This document shows, piece after piece, positions 27,078 through 36,718 of a stretch of 36,754 nucleotides of DNA. Made by a program: the position numbers and the translations under genes. Numbering within the stretch: position 1 is the first letter of the stretch; every line of letters starts with the position of its first letter. Below the pieces are notes generated by a model. It searched no databases. It was not told the DNA's origin and saw only the letters and a list, made by a program, of their open reading frames with translations. The stretch spans positions 1 through 36,754 of the IMG/VR virus record IMGVR_UViG_3300029867_000009; one strand, given 5' to 3'. The stretch is from a virus.

Positions 27078-29291
27078 CTAAGCTAGTGCGGCTTCTGCCG
27101 CTGTGCCGATCAGCCGCTTGCTGCCCTTACGGCTAACAGCCCGGATCGTATCCGAAGTTATAACACTGTTGCTAGCGTCTGTAAAATCTGTGCGCTCTAA
27201 GCCAATGAAGGTGCTTACACCGTCACTAGTTCCAACATCAATGAGTCCTTGGCTTACAGATACCGATGAAACCGCATTGCTTGTACCGTCGAGTAAGGCG
27301 TTTGCGTTTGCAACGAATAAAACCTTTTCGTCGTTGTTTATTTTGGTGCTTTGAGCCGCAGTTTGCGCGTATGCCTGAATTCTCAACAAGCTCAGTGACG
27401 AAGTTAGTGCAGGGTTAAGACCATCGACATCGAGCCCTATGCGTAAAATTGCTGTTGCATTGTCCAAGTTGCCAAGAGCTTGAATCACCTGCCCAACTTG
27501 GACGCCATCAATTTTAACGGTGAGCGTATCGGTTCCGCTAGTGTCGAAATCCCAATCAAGTAAATGCCATACCCCATCATCATAAGCCTGTGAGGTTGTC
27601 ACTGTTGAAGTTGTGGAACCATCCCCAATCTGTACACGAATCGTCCCGTCTGCCAGCATAACAGCCTGTATTTGGCTTCCTATCTTTGCTGTGTCCTGGC
27701 GGGCATAATATGTCTCGATTGTGGTGTTTCCTGAAGAATTGAAGGCTATTATTGAGCCTACCGGTCCGGTACCAAAATCAAAATCAGCATCAAACTGCCG
27801 TTCTAGGTAGCGAGCAGAAGTAAACCCACTGTACGCCATCAACTCAGCGCCGGTCTCTACTGCGGCTTTCGTTAGGGTTCCGTTGACGGATAGGTCGTTA
27901 GATTTTACGCTTCGATCCTCCACTGCAATCACTATTGACACATTATCAATAGAAAGATCAGATGTGCCTGTAGTAACAAACTCAAGCTGATTTTGTCCTG
28001 ATTCAGCGGTGAAATACTCTGTAAATGTTCCTGTTGCTGCCCTAACTGTACCAAGTCCGAACGGTACTCCTCCCGAAGCTGAAAGTCTTATCTGTATCTG
28101 CCCTGCTGTGAATGATGTAACTGTGTACGTGATGGCATAAGTCTTTCCCGTGACGAAAGAGACAGCCTGCGTCAGTTCTGAGGGGGTGCCCGCCGCCTTG
28201 GTCGCAACACCAGCAGCGATAGTCCATCCTGTACCTTTAGTCCAAGCTGTGTCACTGGCGAAGTCACCATTAGTAACCAACTCACCACCGATAGACTCAG
28301 CGGTACTATCAGACAAAGCAGCCAAGCGGATATCACCGGGCTTTGATCCCGAATTGAAATCTTTTGTTATTTGAGTTGCAACGCTATCGCCACCTGAGCC
28401 GATAACATAATCAACAATGAATACGCCAACGCTGGTTCCTATAATGAACGAAGTTGCGCTACTGATTTCCACACTTGTAATTGTGCCGGTTACTGTCGGT
28501 CCTGTTGTTGCTGATGTGTTCATAATGAAGTCAGCAGACGCTAGGGCGGTGTCGATCGCAGGAACGGACTCGAATATATAAACGTCCGTAGCCGATGCCA
28601 TAACACATAGACCGCTTGCATCAATATCACCAGTGACCAGAGCAATTGCACCTGTTCCATCAGTAACATCATTAACATTTGATAGAGAACCTTCATGGTT
28701 TACCCATGATGAACCCGCCGCCGTCATTGCTTCAATTGTAGGGAAGGGGAGTGAACTTGACCCGTCTATCTCTGCGCCTGATAGGGCTGTGATTGCAACG
28801 TCATTTACCGTGTCATTAACAATCCCATCACCGTTAGCAGTTCCCCACGTTACGGTAGACATATTAAAGCTTGCGACGTCTTGGTCTGCAAGTTGGTTGC
28901 CTGTGGTGTTCCTGCGCCTAACCTCGTCTTTCTCAAGGTCTATTGTGACAATGCCTGAAGAAGTACCTATAACAATGACGCCGTTTAATGCGTCTACAGA
29001 TGTTGCGCCAACGAGAACCCATGTTTTAAACAAAGATGCAGCGCTCGCCGTAATATCAAAGTCTGACAATAAAGCAGCTTCAAGAACTAAACCATTAATT
29101 TTGGGTAGTGTCTGCCCTATGGTAGAAGATGCCCCGGCGCGCCAATCTAGACTATCGAGTGAAATATCATAAACATCATCATCAATAACATTAGCTGTTG
29201 TTTTAAGAACTGCGGTAAATGCCGTATCAGATGTTGAGCCTACAAAAGCGTTAATCCCCGCCGTTGTTGCGCCTACAAATGTATTTGTCAT
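27078..29291 (-). CDS. Tail fibre / receptor-binding protein with carbohydrate-binding and lectin-like regions
   Basis: 737 aa. GELVTNGDFASDTAWTKGTGWTIAAG is a CBM-type motif common in phage fibres. WHLLDWDFDTSGTDTLTVKIDGVQVG is LamG/ConA-like. Confidence 0.65.
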   Translation of the reverse strand: MTNTFVGATTAGINAFVGSTSDTAFTAVLKTTANVIDDDVYDISLDSLDWRAGASSTIGQTLPKINGLVLEAALLSDFDITASAASLFKTWVLVGATSVDALNGVIVIGTSSGIVTIDLEKDEVRRRNTTGNQLADQDVASFNMSTVTWGTANGDGIVNDTVNDVAITALSGAEIDGSSSLPFPTIEAMTAAGSSWVNHEGSLSNVNDVTDGTGAIALVTGDIDASGLCVMASATDVYIFESVPAIDTALASADFIMNTSATTGPTVTGTITSVEISSATSFIIGTSVGVFIVDYVIGSGGDSVATQITKDFNSGSKPGDIRLAALSDSTAESIGGELVTNGDFASDTAWTKGTGWTIAAGVATKAAGTPSELTQAVSFVTGKTYAITYTVTSFTAGQIQIRLSASGGVPFGLGTVRAATGTFTEYFTAESGQNQLEFVTTGTSDLSIDNVSIVIAVEDRSVKSNDLSVNGTLTKAAVETGAELMAYSGFTSARYLERQFDADFDFGTGPVGSIIAFNSSGNTTIETYYARQDTAKIGSQIQAVMLADGTIRVQIGDGSTTSTVTTSQAYDDGVWHLLDWDFDTSGTDTLTVKIDGVQVGQVIQALGNLDNATAILRIGLDVDGLNPALTSSLSLLRIQAYAQTAAQSTKINNDEKVLFVANANALLDGTSNAVSSVSVSQGLIDVGTSDGVSTFIGLERTDFTDASNSVITSDTIRAVSRKGSKRLIGTAAEAALA

Positions 29292-29587
29292 GTTGCATCC
29301 TGTACCGAAACCGTTGTATTTCCGCCTTCACCGATAACCCAAGTCTCATCACCCGCACCGATTGGTGTTGATTGCACAAGATCGCTAACCGGCTCTCCCC
29401 CGTCGAAGTGAGGAACCTTAAGCCCGAAGCGATCATCTGCGCTTGGTGATGTAGCCGCAAGCACTACCCGCAAGGTTCTTATTCCTATGTTTTGGAAGAA
29501 TATTTGAGTACCTGAAGTAATTCCTAGCTCATCATGCAGGCTTGTCCACACGTGCGCGTCAACTGTTACGTCTTGATAGTCTGCCAT
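29288..29587 (-). CDS. Hypothetical tail-module protein
   Basis: 99-aa ORF with ATGA coupling to the fibre gene. Confidence 0.6.
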   Translation of the reverse strand: MADYQDVTVDAHVWTSLHDELGITSGTQIFFQNIGIRTLRVVLAATSPSADDRFGLKVPHFDGGEPVSDLVQSTPIGAGDETWVIGEGGNTTVSVQDAT

Positions 29588-29588
29588 T

Positions 29589-30026
29589 TTATTTCCTTCG
29601 TCCTTTGAATTTTTTGACCTTAATTTTCTTAGGGTCTTTAATTCCGCCGTTCTTTTTATCGTCAGTTATATCGCGCAAGCTTTGTCTGTATGTCTTAAGC
29701 TCGCTATCAGGTAAAAGAGTTTCAAGAACTCGGATCGTATCTCTATCTGTTTCGGCAAGGTTTTTATTGCGTTCTGATCTTACATCTTCCCACGCCTCAT
29801 GGTCAATGCCTGCCAATTCTTCGGATGATCGCGGTACTGCGCGCCTATATGCAGTTAAAACACCGCCTTCAACCTGCGGCCTTGTCCAGCTACCCAGGCG
29901 GTGAGTTGCCCGGGCAAACTCCGCTTCGTGTCCCTCAACCTCTTCATACTGCTTTGGGTTCTTCTTGCGTGCATCGTCCTGATACGCGGGAAATAGACCG
30001 TCTGATTTTCTGCGATAAAGTTTCAT
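29589..30026 (-). CDS. Tail fibre assembly/chaperone-like protein
   Basis: WEDVRSERNKNLAETDRD...LKTYRQSLRDIT fits the R..RN.LL..tD ... YR..LRDi motif of fibre assembly proteins. Confidence 0.5.
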   Translation of the reverse strand: MKLYRRKSDGLFPAYQDDARKKNPKQYEEVEGHEAEFARATHRLGSWTRPQVEGGVLTAYRRAVPRSSEELAGIDHEAWEDVRSERNKNLAETDRDTIRVLETLLPDSELKTYRQSLRDITDDKKNGGIKDPKKIKVKKFKGRRK

Positions 30027-31111
30027 TATGTTGATTCCGAATAATAAACCGTGATTGTTCCGCCCGAAAACGTTCCTGATAATATTTCAAATTCTAAACC
30101 ATTCATAGTGCCAGCAATAACCGGTGTGCGGCCATTTGCCCTAGACCAACTTGTTTGCAATGGTGTAGCTGTATTATCGTTCTTTCCGCTGCAATCCCAC
30201 GACCAAATTCCAGTTGCGCCGTTTCTAACTAGCGTGCCTGTGGCTGATTGTGTGCTTGAGCCGTCGATGTTGTTAATCCGTACAATATGAAGGATAGAAT
30301 TGCTTGTTGATGCTGTTGCTACGGCGCTGTTGTCGAAGAAAATGGCCGTCGAGAAATACCCAGAGGTTTTAACAACTGAATCGTCTAGAACCTGCATTCT
30401 CAAGCGCGTTGACGTGCTGTAGTCCATTCCGGAGCAAACAATCATTACCGAAAGGGCTGTTGCCGGTATGCCTGTAACTTGGAAACTAGACCCGCTTGTA
30501 GGCGAAGTCTCTGCAAGCTTTGTCCAAGGGAATGCCCCAGAAACAGACCCCCACTCTGTAGGGCTTGAAGTTGGATCATTGCCAAGGTTAACGCCCGTAA
30601 GTGACTTATAGAGGTTTCCAGCGTCGTCTTGTACAATATTACCTGTTGTGTATGTAACGTTAATATTCCACACGCGAATGAAGTTCAAAACCTCCCATTG
30701 CACGGCGCTTGATGTTGGGTCGGTTCCAATGTTCCCGTTAATCAGTGATCTATAATATAGCCTATCGGAACCTTGCACGATGTCATCAAGGCCATATTCA
30801 ACCGCGTTATTCCATACAGCAAAGACTGAGCCGCTACCAGACTGCCCAACGTTGTCAATGTTAAAAATCTGGTTGTCAGCACTGTCTGTTAAAATAACCC
30901 GCGCCGTTCCAGAATAGAAAACATTCCCAACCCTGCCATCAGCAGAAAGAATAACCGGGTTTGTATTTGCGTTGTCTTCGTTAATGTCTGAAAACGTGTT
31001 TTTCGGGTCTGTAGTTCCTGAATCGAAGAAACTAAGCTTACCGTCTGCAACAACATTGCCGCTACTGTCAAAATACTGTGGCCGTGGGTTTAAATATCTG
31101 TTAGCTGCCAT
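30026..31111 (-). CDS. Tail fibre with two CBM5/12-like repeats
   Basis: ATG at 31111 (AGGTGA upstream). The N-terminal YFDSSGNVVADGKLSFFDSGTTDPKNTF...NPVILSADGR is typical of fibre/spike N-domains. YGLDDIVQGSDRLYYRSL...DPTSSAVQWE is duplicated as YTTGNIVQDDAGNLYKSL...DPTSSPTEWG. Confidence 0.7.
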   Translation of the reverse strand: MAANRYLNPRPQYFDSSGNVVADGKLSFFDSGTTDPKNTFSDINEDNANTNPVILSADGRVGNVFYSGTARVILTDSADNQIFNIDNVGQSGSGSVFAVWNNAVEYGLDDIVQGSDRLYYRSLINGNIGTDPTSSAVQWEVLNFIRVWNINVTYTTGNIVQDDAGNLYKSLTGVNLGNDPTSSPTEWGSVSGAFPWTKLAETSPTSGSSFQVTGIPATALSVMIVCSGMDYSTSTRLRMQVLDDSVVKTSGYFSTAIFFDNSAVATASTSNSILHIVRINNIDGSSTQSATGTLVRNGATGIWSWDCSGKNDNTATPLQTSWSRANGRTPVIAGTMNGLEFEILSGTFSGGTITVYYSEST

Positions 31112-33371
31112 TTTCTTGTTCACCTGTAACTAATGTAATTGCAAGCACGGATGCAAGCGCGGGGAAGTCCCGTTGTATATATTCAATAGCGGGCCTGTTT
31201 TGAGGCGAAACTTTTAAAGCACCCGAAACGCCCCTAGCTTGGCCGACTGCGTCTATTACGGGCCTAACAACTGGCAGCCTTCCGAATGGCCCCAATATAT
31301 CAAGAATGGCGCTGACAGCAGGCGCAGAACCTTTCGGCTTGGTTGATGCTGGCGTAACCACGTCAGCAGCGCTTCTTTGCAAGTCTCGGAGCTGTTTAAG
31401 GGCCGTCTTGTTACCGGCAAAGATAATATCTAGCTTATCACCAAATTTATTCAGGGACCGGTTAAACGCCGCAGGGCTAAATTGTTGAACGCCACCGCTT
31501 TTATTAGAAACTGCAGAGATAGCATCTTCAAGCGCATGGAAAACAACGCTCGACTGAAGGTTTCCAATCGCGACCTTTCCATTGGGCGCATTACGTAGCG
31601 CCGCCAATGTACGGGTCAGGCCCTCTCTGGTGGTGCCGGGTAGCGTTAGCGTCTTAAACACCTCAGAAGCTTCAACGGTTGGTACCCTAGAACCTTTCTT
31701 TGTAGATACTAGCTTGTTGGCTAAATCTTTAGGGTCAAACTCTGTCTTCAGTTGAACGACTGCAGCCCGCGCCTGCTTTAGAATATCAAGCGTATTTTGT
31801 TGGCCAGTCTTTTCAATTGCAGAAAATGCGATATTTAATTCATCGTCTAACGCTTTAAGGACCGGCCTAACGAGCGCTACAGATGTTGCCCCTTGTCCGA
31901 AGTTATCTGCGCGTGAAATGGCGTTTAAAGATTGCCTGAAATCCTCGAAATTATTAAAGCTTAGCGGTTCTATTATGTCGCCGCCCTTAACGAATGCTTC
32001 CACAGCGTCAGGGTTTTTATTGATACCAAATTCAACAAGCAAATCATCGAGCGCCTTAACCTGATTGCCGGGTATATTTGAAATCCGTTTAATTTTTTTT
32101 CTTTCAGGAATTGCGGCGGCTATATCGTCAGTAACAATCGGCGCACGCGCTAGCTCTGGGTCTGCATCGCTTGCCGCCTGATAAAGCCTGTTCTTTTCAG
32201 TACGTAATATTTTGCGCCTGCCCGTTAGAGCGTCTTTAATTGAAGCACCCACATCATCAGGAAGCCCAAGATCATCGACCAAATTTTCTGCGTTTCTCTC
32301 GAATGCAGCGCTGATCTGTTGCTTGCGCTGCCGTAACGGGGAAGTTATAGCCCTAGCGGCTTCATCTGCGCGACCAAGCAAGGTTTCCTCTGCACCAAGG
32401 AAAATGTCGTCCTGGGTTATGATACCACGGGTTGCCGGTATATCTTGAGCTGCAAACCTTGCCGCACGTTCCGCCTGAATAGGGTCAACACCTGTGCGGA
32501 TTTGAGAAATCGCAGTGTTGTTGAGATCGTCAAAAGACACATCGGAGGCGTCAAGAGCGTCGGTTAATTCTTTAGTTGGTGTACCCTGCGGTGTAATCAA
32601 TTGGCCAGCAGGGGCTTTTCCAGTTATCCGCCTTAATGCCGCACTAGCCACGCGACCAAGAACAGGAAGGAAAATCTCAAGGCTAACGCCCAATCCGCCG
32701 CCCACACCCGCCGCTTGTAATGTTTCATCTAAACTTCTCCCTTGTCCACTTGCTATAGTAGCCGCCTCTGCTGCACCTAAAACGCCCGTAGCGCCTGCCC
32801 TACCTAATAGTGACGGGATCCTAGCAACTTGTGCCGCTGGTGCCAAGAATGGGGCAACTTCAGCGAATATCTGGCCACCAACAAAACTAGGCGACTCTGC
32901 CAACTTTTCAACGCGCAAGCGCTCTTCTTCTGTTTGCGGGTCAAGAAGACCAACCCCGCGACCTAATGTTTTGACACCTTCGCCAGTACCCTGGCCAAAT
33001 TCTTGTATGCTCTGTCTACCACCAATTACCTGTGATGGGTCAATCAAATCCTTGCCAGTTATCTGACGGGCTGCAAAGTTAATTCCCTGCGTGACAAGAT
33101 CTACGGGCAGGCCAAGTGTTCTATTTATTATCTCACCAGCTTGACCAATGCGCTTCTGTATGTCGTCTCCGGAAAAACTAAATTGCTCAATTCCTTCAGG
33201 AAAATCAAACCCTGGGCCAGATGGAAGAGGTGGGATTTGCCGCTGTGCTTGCGGCGGTGCTTGTTCAGCAGGCGCAGACATATTAGCAATCGCCGACTGG
33301 ATCTGTTCCGGTGTGGCGCTATCAGGGAAAGTTAAAACCCTGCCGTCTGGCAATCTTACTGTTTTAGCCAT
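31101..33371 (-). CDS. Large internal virion / ejection protein candidate (gp16 position)
   Basis: 756 aa, last of four coupled genes between the GNAT-fold gene and the fibres. Ala/Gly-rich with hydrophobic glycine-rich stretches. Confidence 0.5.
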   Translation of the reverse strand: MAKTVRLPDGRVLTFPDSATPEQIQSAIANMSAPAEQAPPQAQRQIPPLPSGPGFDFPEGIEQFSFSGDDIQKRIGQAGEIINRTLGLPVDLVTQGINFAARQITGKDLIDPSQVIGGRQSIQEFGQGTGEGVKTLGRGVGLLDPQTEEERLRVEKLAESPSFVGGQIFAEVAPFLAPAAQVARIPSLLGRAGATGVLGAAEAATIASGQGRSLDETLQAAGVGGGLGVSLEIFLPVLGRVASAALRRITGKAPAGQLITPQGTPTKELTDALDASDVSFDDLNNTAISQIRTGVDPIQAERAARFAAQDIPATRGIITQDDIFLGAEETLLGRADEAARAITSPLRQRKQQISAAFERNAENLVDDLGLPDDVGASIKDALTGRRKILRTEKNRLYQAASDADPELARAPIVTDDIAAAIPERKKIKRISNIPGNQVKALDDLLVEFGINKNPDAVEAFVKGGDIIEPLSFNNFEDFRQSLNAISRADNFGQGATSVALVRPVLKALDDELNIAFSAIEKTGQQNTLDILKQARAAVVQLKTEFDPKDLANKLVSTKKGSRVPTVEASEVFKTLTLPGTTREGLTRTLAALRNAPNGKVAIGNLQSSVVFHALEDAISAVSNKSGGVQQFSPAAFNRSLNKFGDKLDIIFAGNKTALKQLRDLQRSAADVVTPASTKPKGSAPAVSAILDILGPFGRLPVVRPVIDAVGQARGVSGALKVSPQNRPAIEYIQRDFPALASVLAITLVTGEQENGS

Positions 33372-34489
33372 TATTGCGCCTTATCAGGGTTTGGTGTTAA
33401 TTTCCCGTCTACGAAAATAAAGTCTGTAGTTTGCGCTTGCTGTGGTTGGTCTTCCCTATTAAGCCAATCCGCAACGGTATTTCCTTCACTTAAGAACGTT
33501 ACCTGTTCCCTCATGTATTTAAGAAGCTTCTTTTGTGCATCTTGCTTATTTTGTAACCAGACTTTTAAGTCAGAAGGTGACATGTTTGTAGGAACCGCCG
33601 TTTGCATGGCAAGCTTCAATTCGCCCTCGCTTAATGCGCCAAACGTAACAGAACCAACAACATCAAGGCCAAGCCTAGAAGCAGCATTTTCAAATGCAAG
33701 AGTGGATGCTCTTATAGACGGGAAGAAGTTAGAAACTACACCAGTTGACGCGCCCCTTTCAATTGCCTCAATAGCATCTCCAAGAGTGTTGATATTTGCT
33801 TTTATTGTTGTCGCGGCCTCGAAGCCTTTTTCTACCTGTTTAACCGTGAGTACCACTTGTTGCTTTTTAAAGTCGCGCTTTCCCTGCTCGACTGTTTTCT
33901 TTTCTTCTATCTCTCCGCTTGACGAAACCTTAAGGCCAGCAAGCTGCTCAGGGGTTGCTTTTGGGCGAGCGCCGACTGGAAGATTAACAACTTTTCCGTC
34001 TCTAACCGTTGGAATTACAGAAATCACATTCCCGCTTTCATCAACAATGTCTATGGGCGCAAAAGTTCTGCCTTCTTGTCCTTTTGGCGCTTTTAAAAAT
34101 CCGCCTTCAATAGCAGCCTGAACACCAAGGTTTAACGTCTGTCCTAGTCTCTGAAATGCGTTTGGGTCACCACCTAGTGCTGCTTCGGAAAGGTCCAAGA
34201 TGCCTTGAGTGTCGGAAGGGTCGCCGCCTAACTCACTGATAAAGCCCACACGTTCAGAGGCAAGTCTTTGAATGCCTGCAATGTCTCCACTATCAAATAG
34301 AAGCTTTGCGCGCCTAATGTCATCAGCAGCGGCCTGCTTTCTGTCTTTGTCTAACTGTCGCGCCTGCTGCTGCTGTAACGCTTGAAACTGCGAACCGCGA
34401 CCTTGAACGCCTTCGCCAAAGGCCTGTAAGCCCGTACCGATTTGTTGTAAAGTGCTTGGTGTTTGTCTTTGTATTGGTGCAAATGCCAT
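33371..34489 (-). CDS. Internal virion / ejection protein candidate
   Basis: 372 aa with a Q/G-rich N-terminus. TAATG coupling. Confidence 0.5.
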   Translation of the reverse strand: MAFAPIQRQTPSTLQQIGTGLQAFGEGVQGRGSQFQALQQQQARQLDKDRKQAAADDIRRAKLLFDSGDIAGIQRLASERVGFISELGGDPSDTQGILDLSEAALGGDPNAFQRLGQTLNLGVQAAIEGGFLKAPKGQEGRTFAPIDIVDESGNVISVIPTVRDGKVVNLPVGARPKATPEQLAGLKVSSSGEIEEKKTVEQGKRDFKKQQVVLTVKQVEKGFEAATTIKANINTLGDAIEAIERGASTGVVSNFFPSIRASTLAFENAASRLGLDVVGSVTFGALSEGELKLAMQTAVPTNMSPSDLKVWLQNKQDAQKKLLKYMREQVTFLSEGNTVADWLNREDQPQQAQTTDFIFVDGKLTPNPDKAQ

Positions 34490-35671
34490 TTAAAACGCTC
34501 CTATAGCTGTACCAATGCCGCTGGCGAGACTACCAATTCCACCTAAAATACCCTGGTTAGGCGTCAATGATGGAAGGCCCGGCAATCCAGCAACCTGTGA
34601 AGCTGAACCCGTAGCGATATTGGCTAGAATGTTCGCAAGGTTCTGTGTTGATCCGCCCTGTTGAGCGCCTGCACTAGCGATTAAATCCGCAATGTTTCCG
34701 GTTCTCTGTCCTACAATTCCAGACACGCCTAACCCTTGTTGATTAATTAAGTTAGCTAATGCGCTGCTTGTTGCGCTGGCTTGGCCTGCAATCTGTTCTC
34801 CGGCACGCGTGCGCCCTTGAGCAAGTTGTTCGCCAGCTCTTGTGCGACCAAGCGAAACCTGCTCACCAGCTCTTGTGCGGCCCTGTGCGAATTGTTCGCC
34901 TGATAGTGCTCTGCCTTGTGCAAGCTGTGAGGCTATGCTTCCGCGTCCTTGTGCAATGTCTTGGCCTGCCCTTGTTCTGCCTTGTGAAATGTCTTGACCT
35001 GTTCCAAGGAATGCTTGACCGCCAAATAATCCGGCCTGTTGTGCTAGCTGTGCCGCTTCGCTGCTAAGGCCAGCCTGTTGACCTGTTGCGCTCAATCCTT
35101 GCTGTGCCAAAGAACCAAGCCGGTTAAACTGGTTTCCAAAATCCTGCGAGGCCAAGCCTACCGCTTGCTCCTGCAATGCCCGTAGAACATTACCGCCGCC
35201 AAGCCCGCCAGTGGCCGAAGCATTACGAACTAGCGATCTTTCTGCCTCGTCTCGAAGGAAATTTTGGCCTGGGCTTGCTTGAAAGTCTGCAAACGCTTGT
35301 TGTTGCGCCTGTGGTCCTAATGCACCAGATAGCGCGCCTTGTAGGTTAAACGCCGAAGCGCCACCTTGTGCGAACGGGTCAAATCTGCCACTTGCAAGGC
35401 CAAGGTCTGCGCGACCGGTCTGTGTTCCGGCCATAACCTGATTTAAAGCGCCCTGTAATCCACCTTGAAGCGCCGCCTCTGAGCCCAACAAACCGCCTTG
35501 TATCGCGGATTCTATACCCGCCAACCCGCCTTGCAGCGCTGTCTCTGATCCTAGCAACCCTGCCCTGCGTGCGGCTTCTGACGCCTGAAACCCGGTGCCT
35601 AATGCGGCTTCTGATCCTGCTAATCCTGCTTGTAGCGCTGCTTCTGATCCTGATAATCCTATATGTGGCAT
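34490..35671 (-). CDS. Gly/Ala/Gln-rich repeat protein (ejection protein candidate, gp20 position)
   Basis: ATG at 35671 (MPHIGLSG...), 2 nt after the upstream stop. 393 aa with two 11-residue repeat arrays and a C-terminal glycine zipper GILGGIGSLASGIGTAIGAF. Confidence 0.6.
   Translation of the reverse strand: MPHIGLSGSEAALQAGLAGSEAALGTGFQASEAARRAGLLGSETALQGGLAGIESAIQGGLLGSEAALQGGLQGALNQVMAGTQTGRADLGLASGRFDPFAQGGASAFNLQGALSGALGPQAQQQAFADFQASPGQNFLRDEAERSLVRNASATGGLGGGNVLRALQEQAVGLASQDFGNQFNRLGSLAQQGLSATGQQAGLSSEAAQLAQQAGLFGGQAFLGTGQDISQGRTRAGQDIAQGRGSIASQLAQGRALSGEQFAQGRTRAGEQVSLGRTRAGEQLAQGRTRAGEQIAGQASATSSALANLINQQGLGVSGIVGQRTGNIADLIASAGAQQGGSTQNLANILANIATGSASQVAGLPGLPSLTPNQGILGGIGSLASGIGTAIGAF
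34781..34999 (-). repeat. Degenerate 33-bp tandem array (~6.5 units) encoding GEQxAQGRTRA repeats
   Basis: The protein reads GQDISQGRTRA GQDIAQGRGSIA SQLAQGRALS GEQFAQGRTRA GEQVSLGRTRA GEQLAQGRTRA GEQIAGQ. Confidence 0.85.
35462..35659 (-). repeat. Degenerate 33-bp tandem array (~6 units) encoding GLxGSEAALQx repeats
   Basis: The protein reads GLSGSEAALQA GLAGSEAALGT GFQASEAARRA GLLGSETALQG GLAGIESAIQG GLLGSEAALQG. Confidence 0.85.
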
Positions 35672-35672
35672 T

Positions 35673-36290
35673 TTAAAACCCTCGCCCTGTGTTAGCTCGC
35701 CCGAATATTCCAGCGTCGAAAGCACCACGACCCCGCGCACTGGTCGGAGCGGCGAACCCTCCACCTTGTGTGCCTTGTTGCCCTAACAGACTTAAAATGC
35801 TGTTCACCCCAGAGAAATCACCTTGCCCGGTTAGGTTTCCGAGAATGGCGTCTATATTAGGAACGGTTGCGTTAGGTGTCGCAGCAGGTTGGGGCACAAA
35901 GTCTGGAAGCTGAACACCCTGCAGGAATGATGTATCAACACCAATTTGCTGCGGGGAAAATCCTGAGAAGTCTAGAGGGTCACCTAGAATGGCGTTTTGA
36001 AACTGTTCTAACCCGGTACCGAGAACACCTTGAGCGCCAACGTTACCTTGCTGAAGCGCTGCAAGTTCAACAGGCACACCTTGGCCAACAACATCGAGCG
36101 CGCCTTGAATGCCAGCGTTACGTGCAAAATCAGCCTGCGGAAAAACACCTAGTACATCTTGTCTAGCTTGGCCTGTCTGCTGTTCTATGAACTGCCGCAA
36201 TTGGGCGTTCTGTGCTTGCTGGTTCTGTACATTCTGCTCGGAAGCTGAACTTGTGCCGCCACCGAAAACAGTTTGAAATATACTGCCCAT
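35673..36290 (-). CDS. Gln/Gly-rich internal virion / ejection protein candidate (gp7 position)
   Basis: 205 aa with TAATG coupling to the GNAT-fold gene. Confidence 0.5.
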   Translation of the reverse strand: MGSIFQTVFGGGTSSASEQNVQNQQAQNAQLRQFIEQQTGQARQDVLGVFPQADFARNAGIQGALDVVGQGVPVELAALQQGNVGAQGVLGTGLEQFQNAILGDPLDFSGFSPQQIGVDTSFLQGVQLPDFVPQPAATPNATVPNIDAILGNLTGQGDFSGVNSILSLLGQQGTQGGGFAAPTSARGRGAFDAGIFGRANTGRGF

Positions 36291-36718
36291 TATTTAATTT
36301 CCTGCTTCATTTCGTCACGGGTTATACCCATGATGTCCTGGTCGTAGATTCGACCTTTCAACATAAAGGAACTGCGTGTTATTCCTTCAGACTTAAATCC
36401 GCAAGCGGCTAGAAACTGCCTAACGTTAGGGTACACTCGCGGTACGTAACAATCAATCTTTTTGCATCTGGCTACATTATCCAACACCCAAGCCATAACT
36501 TTCTTGCAGCTTTCAATGCTGTGTTCCTTGCGGTAATCCTTCAATATATGGGTATGGCCTTGCAGCGTAATTCCTGTTAGCCAGTGCAGGCGGTAAACGC
36601 CAATCAAAGACCCATCAACAATGCACCCAAGGAATATCTCGTCTGCTGTGTTAGGCGTGTAAGCCTGGCCGCCCCAAGTGTCGTCAATGATTGTGGGGAG
36701 AATGTCTTCGTGCATCAT
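36290..36718 (-). CDS. GNAT-fold acetyltransferase-like protein in the virion module (P22 gene-14 position)
   Basis: 142 aa. The C-terminal half, KKVMAWVLDN...KKIDCYVPRVYPNVRQFLAACGFKSEGITRSSFMLKGRIYDQDIMGITRDE, has the GNAT beta4-alpha3...GF..EG pattern. Confidence 0.55.
   Translation of the reverse strand: MMHEDILPTIIDDTWGGQAYTPNTADEIFLGCIVDGSLIGVYRLHWLTGITLQGHTHILKDYRKEHSIESCKKVMAWVLDNVARCKKIDCYVPRVYPNVRQFLAACGFKSEGITRSSFMLKGRIYDQDIMGITRDEMKQEIK

Noticed and set aside
28633-34121. Long plus-strand ORFs lie antisense to structural genes (28633..29172, 32515..33066, 33513..34121). Others occur elsewhere, such as 17161..17700 and 14793..15368.
   Set aside because: These are shadow ORFs opposite long, well-supported minus-strand genes. 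Their products are Ser/Cys/Leu/Pro-rich low-complexity sequences, and they have no RBS and no coupling to neighbours.
34781-35659. The 33-bp tandem periodicities could suggest a CRISPR-like array.
   Set aside because: The units are contiguous with no spacers, degenerate, and fully in frame within a long CDS. They encode 11-residue protein repeats.
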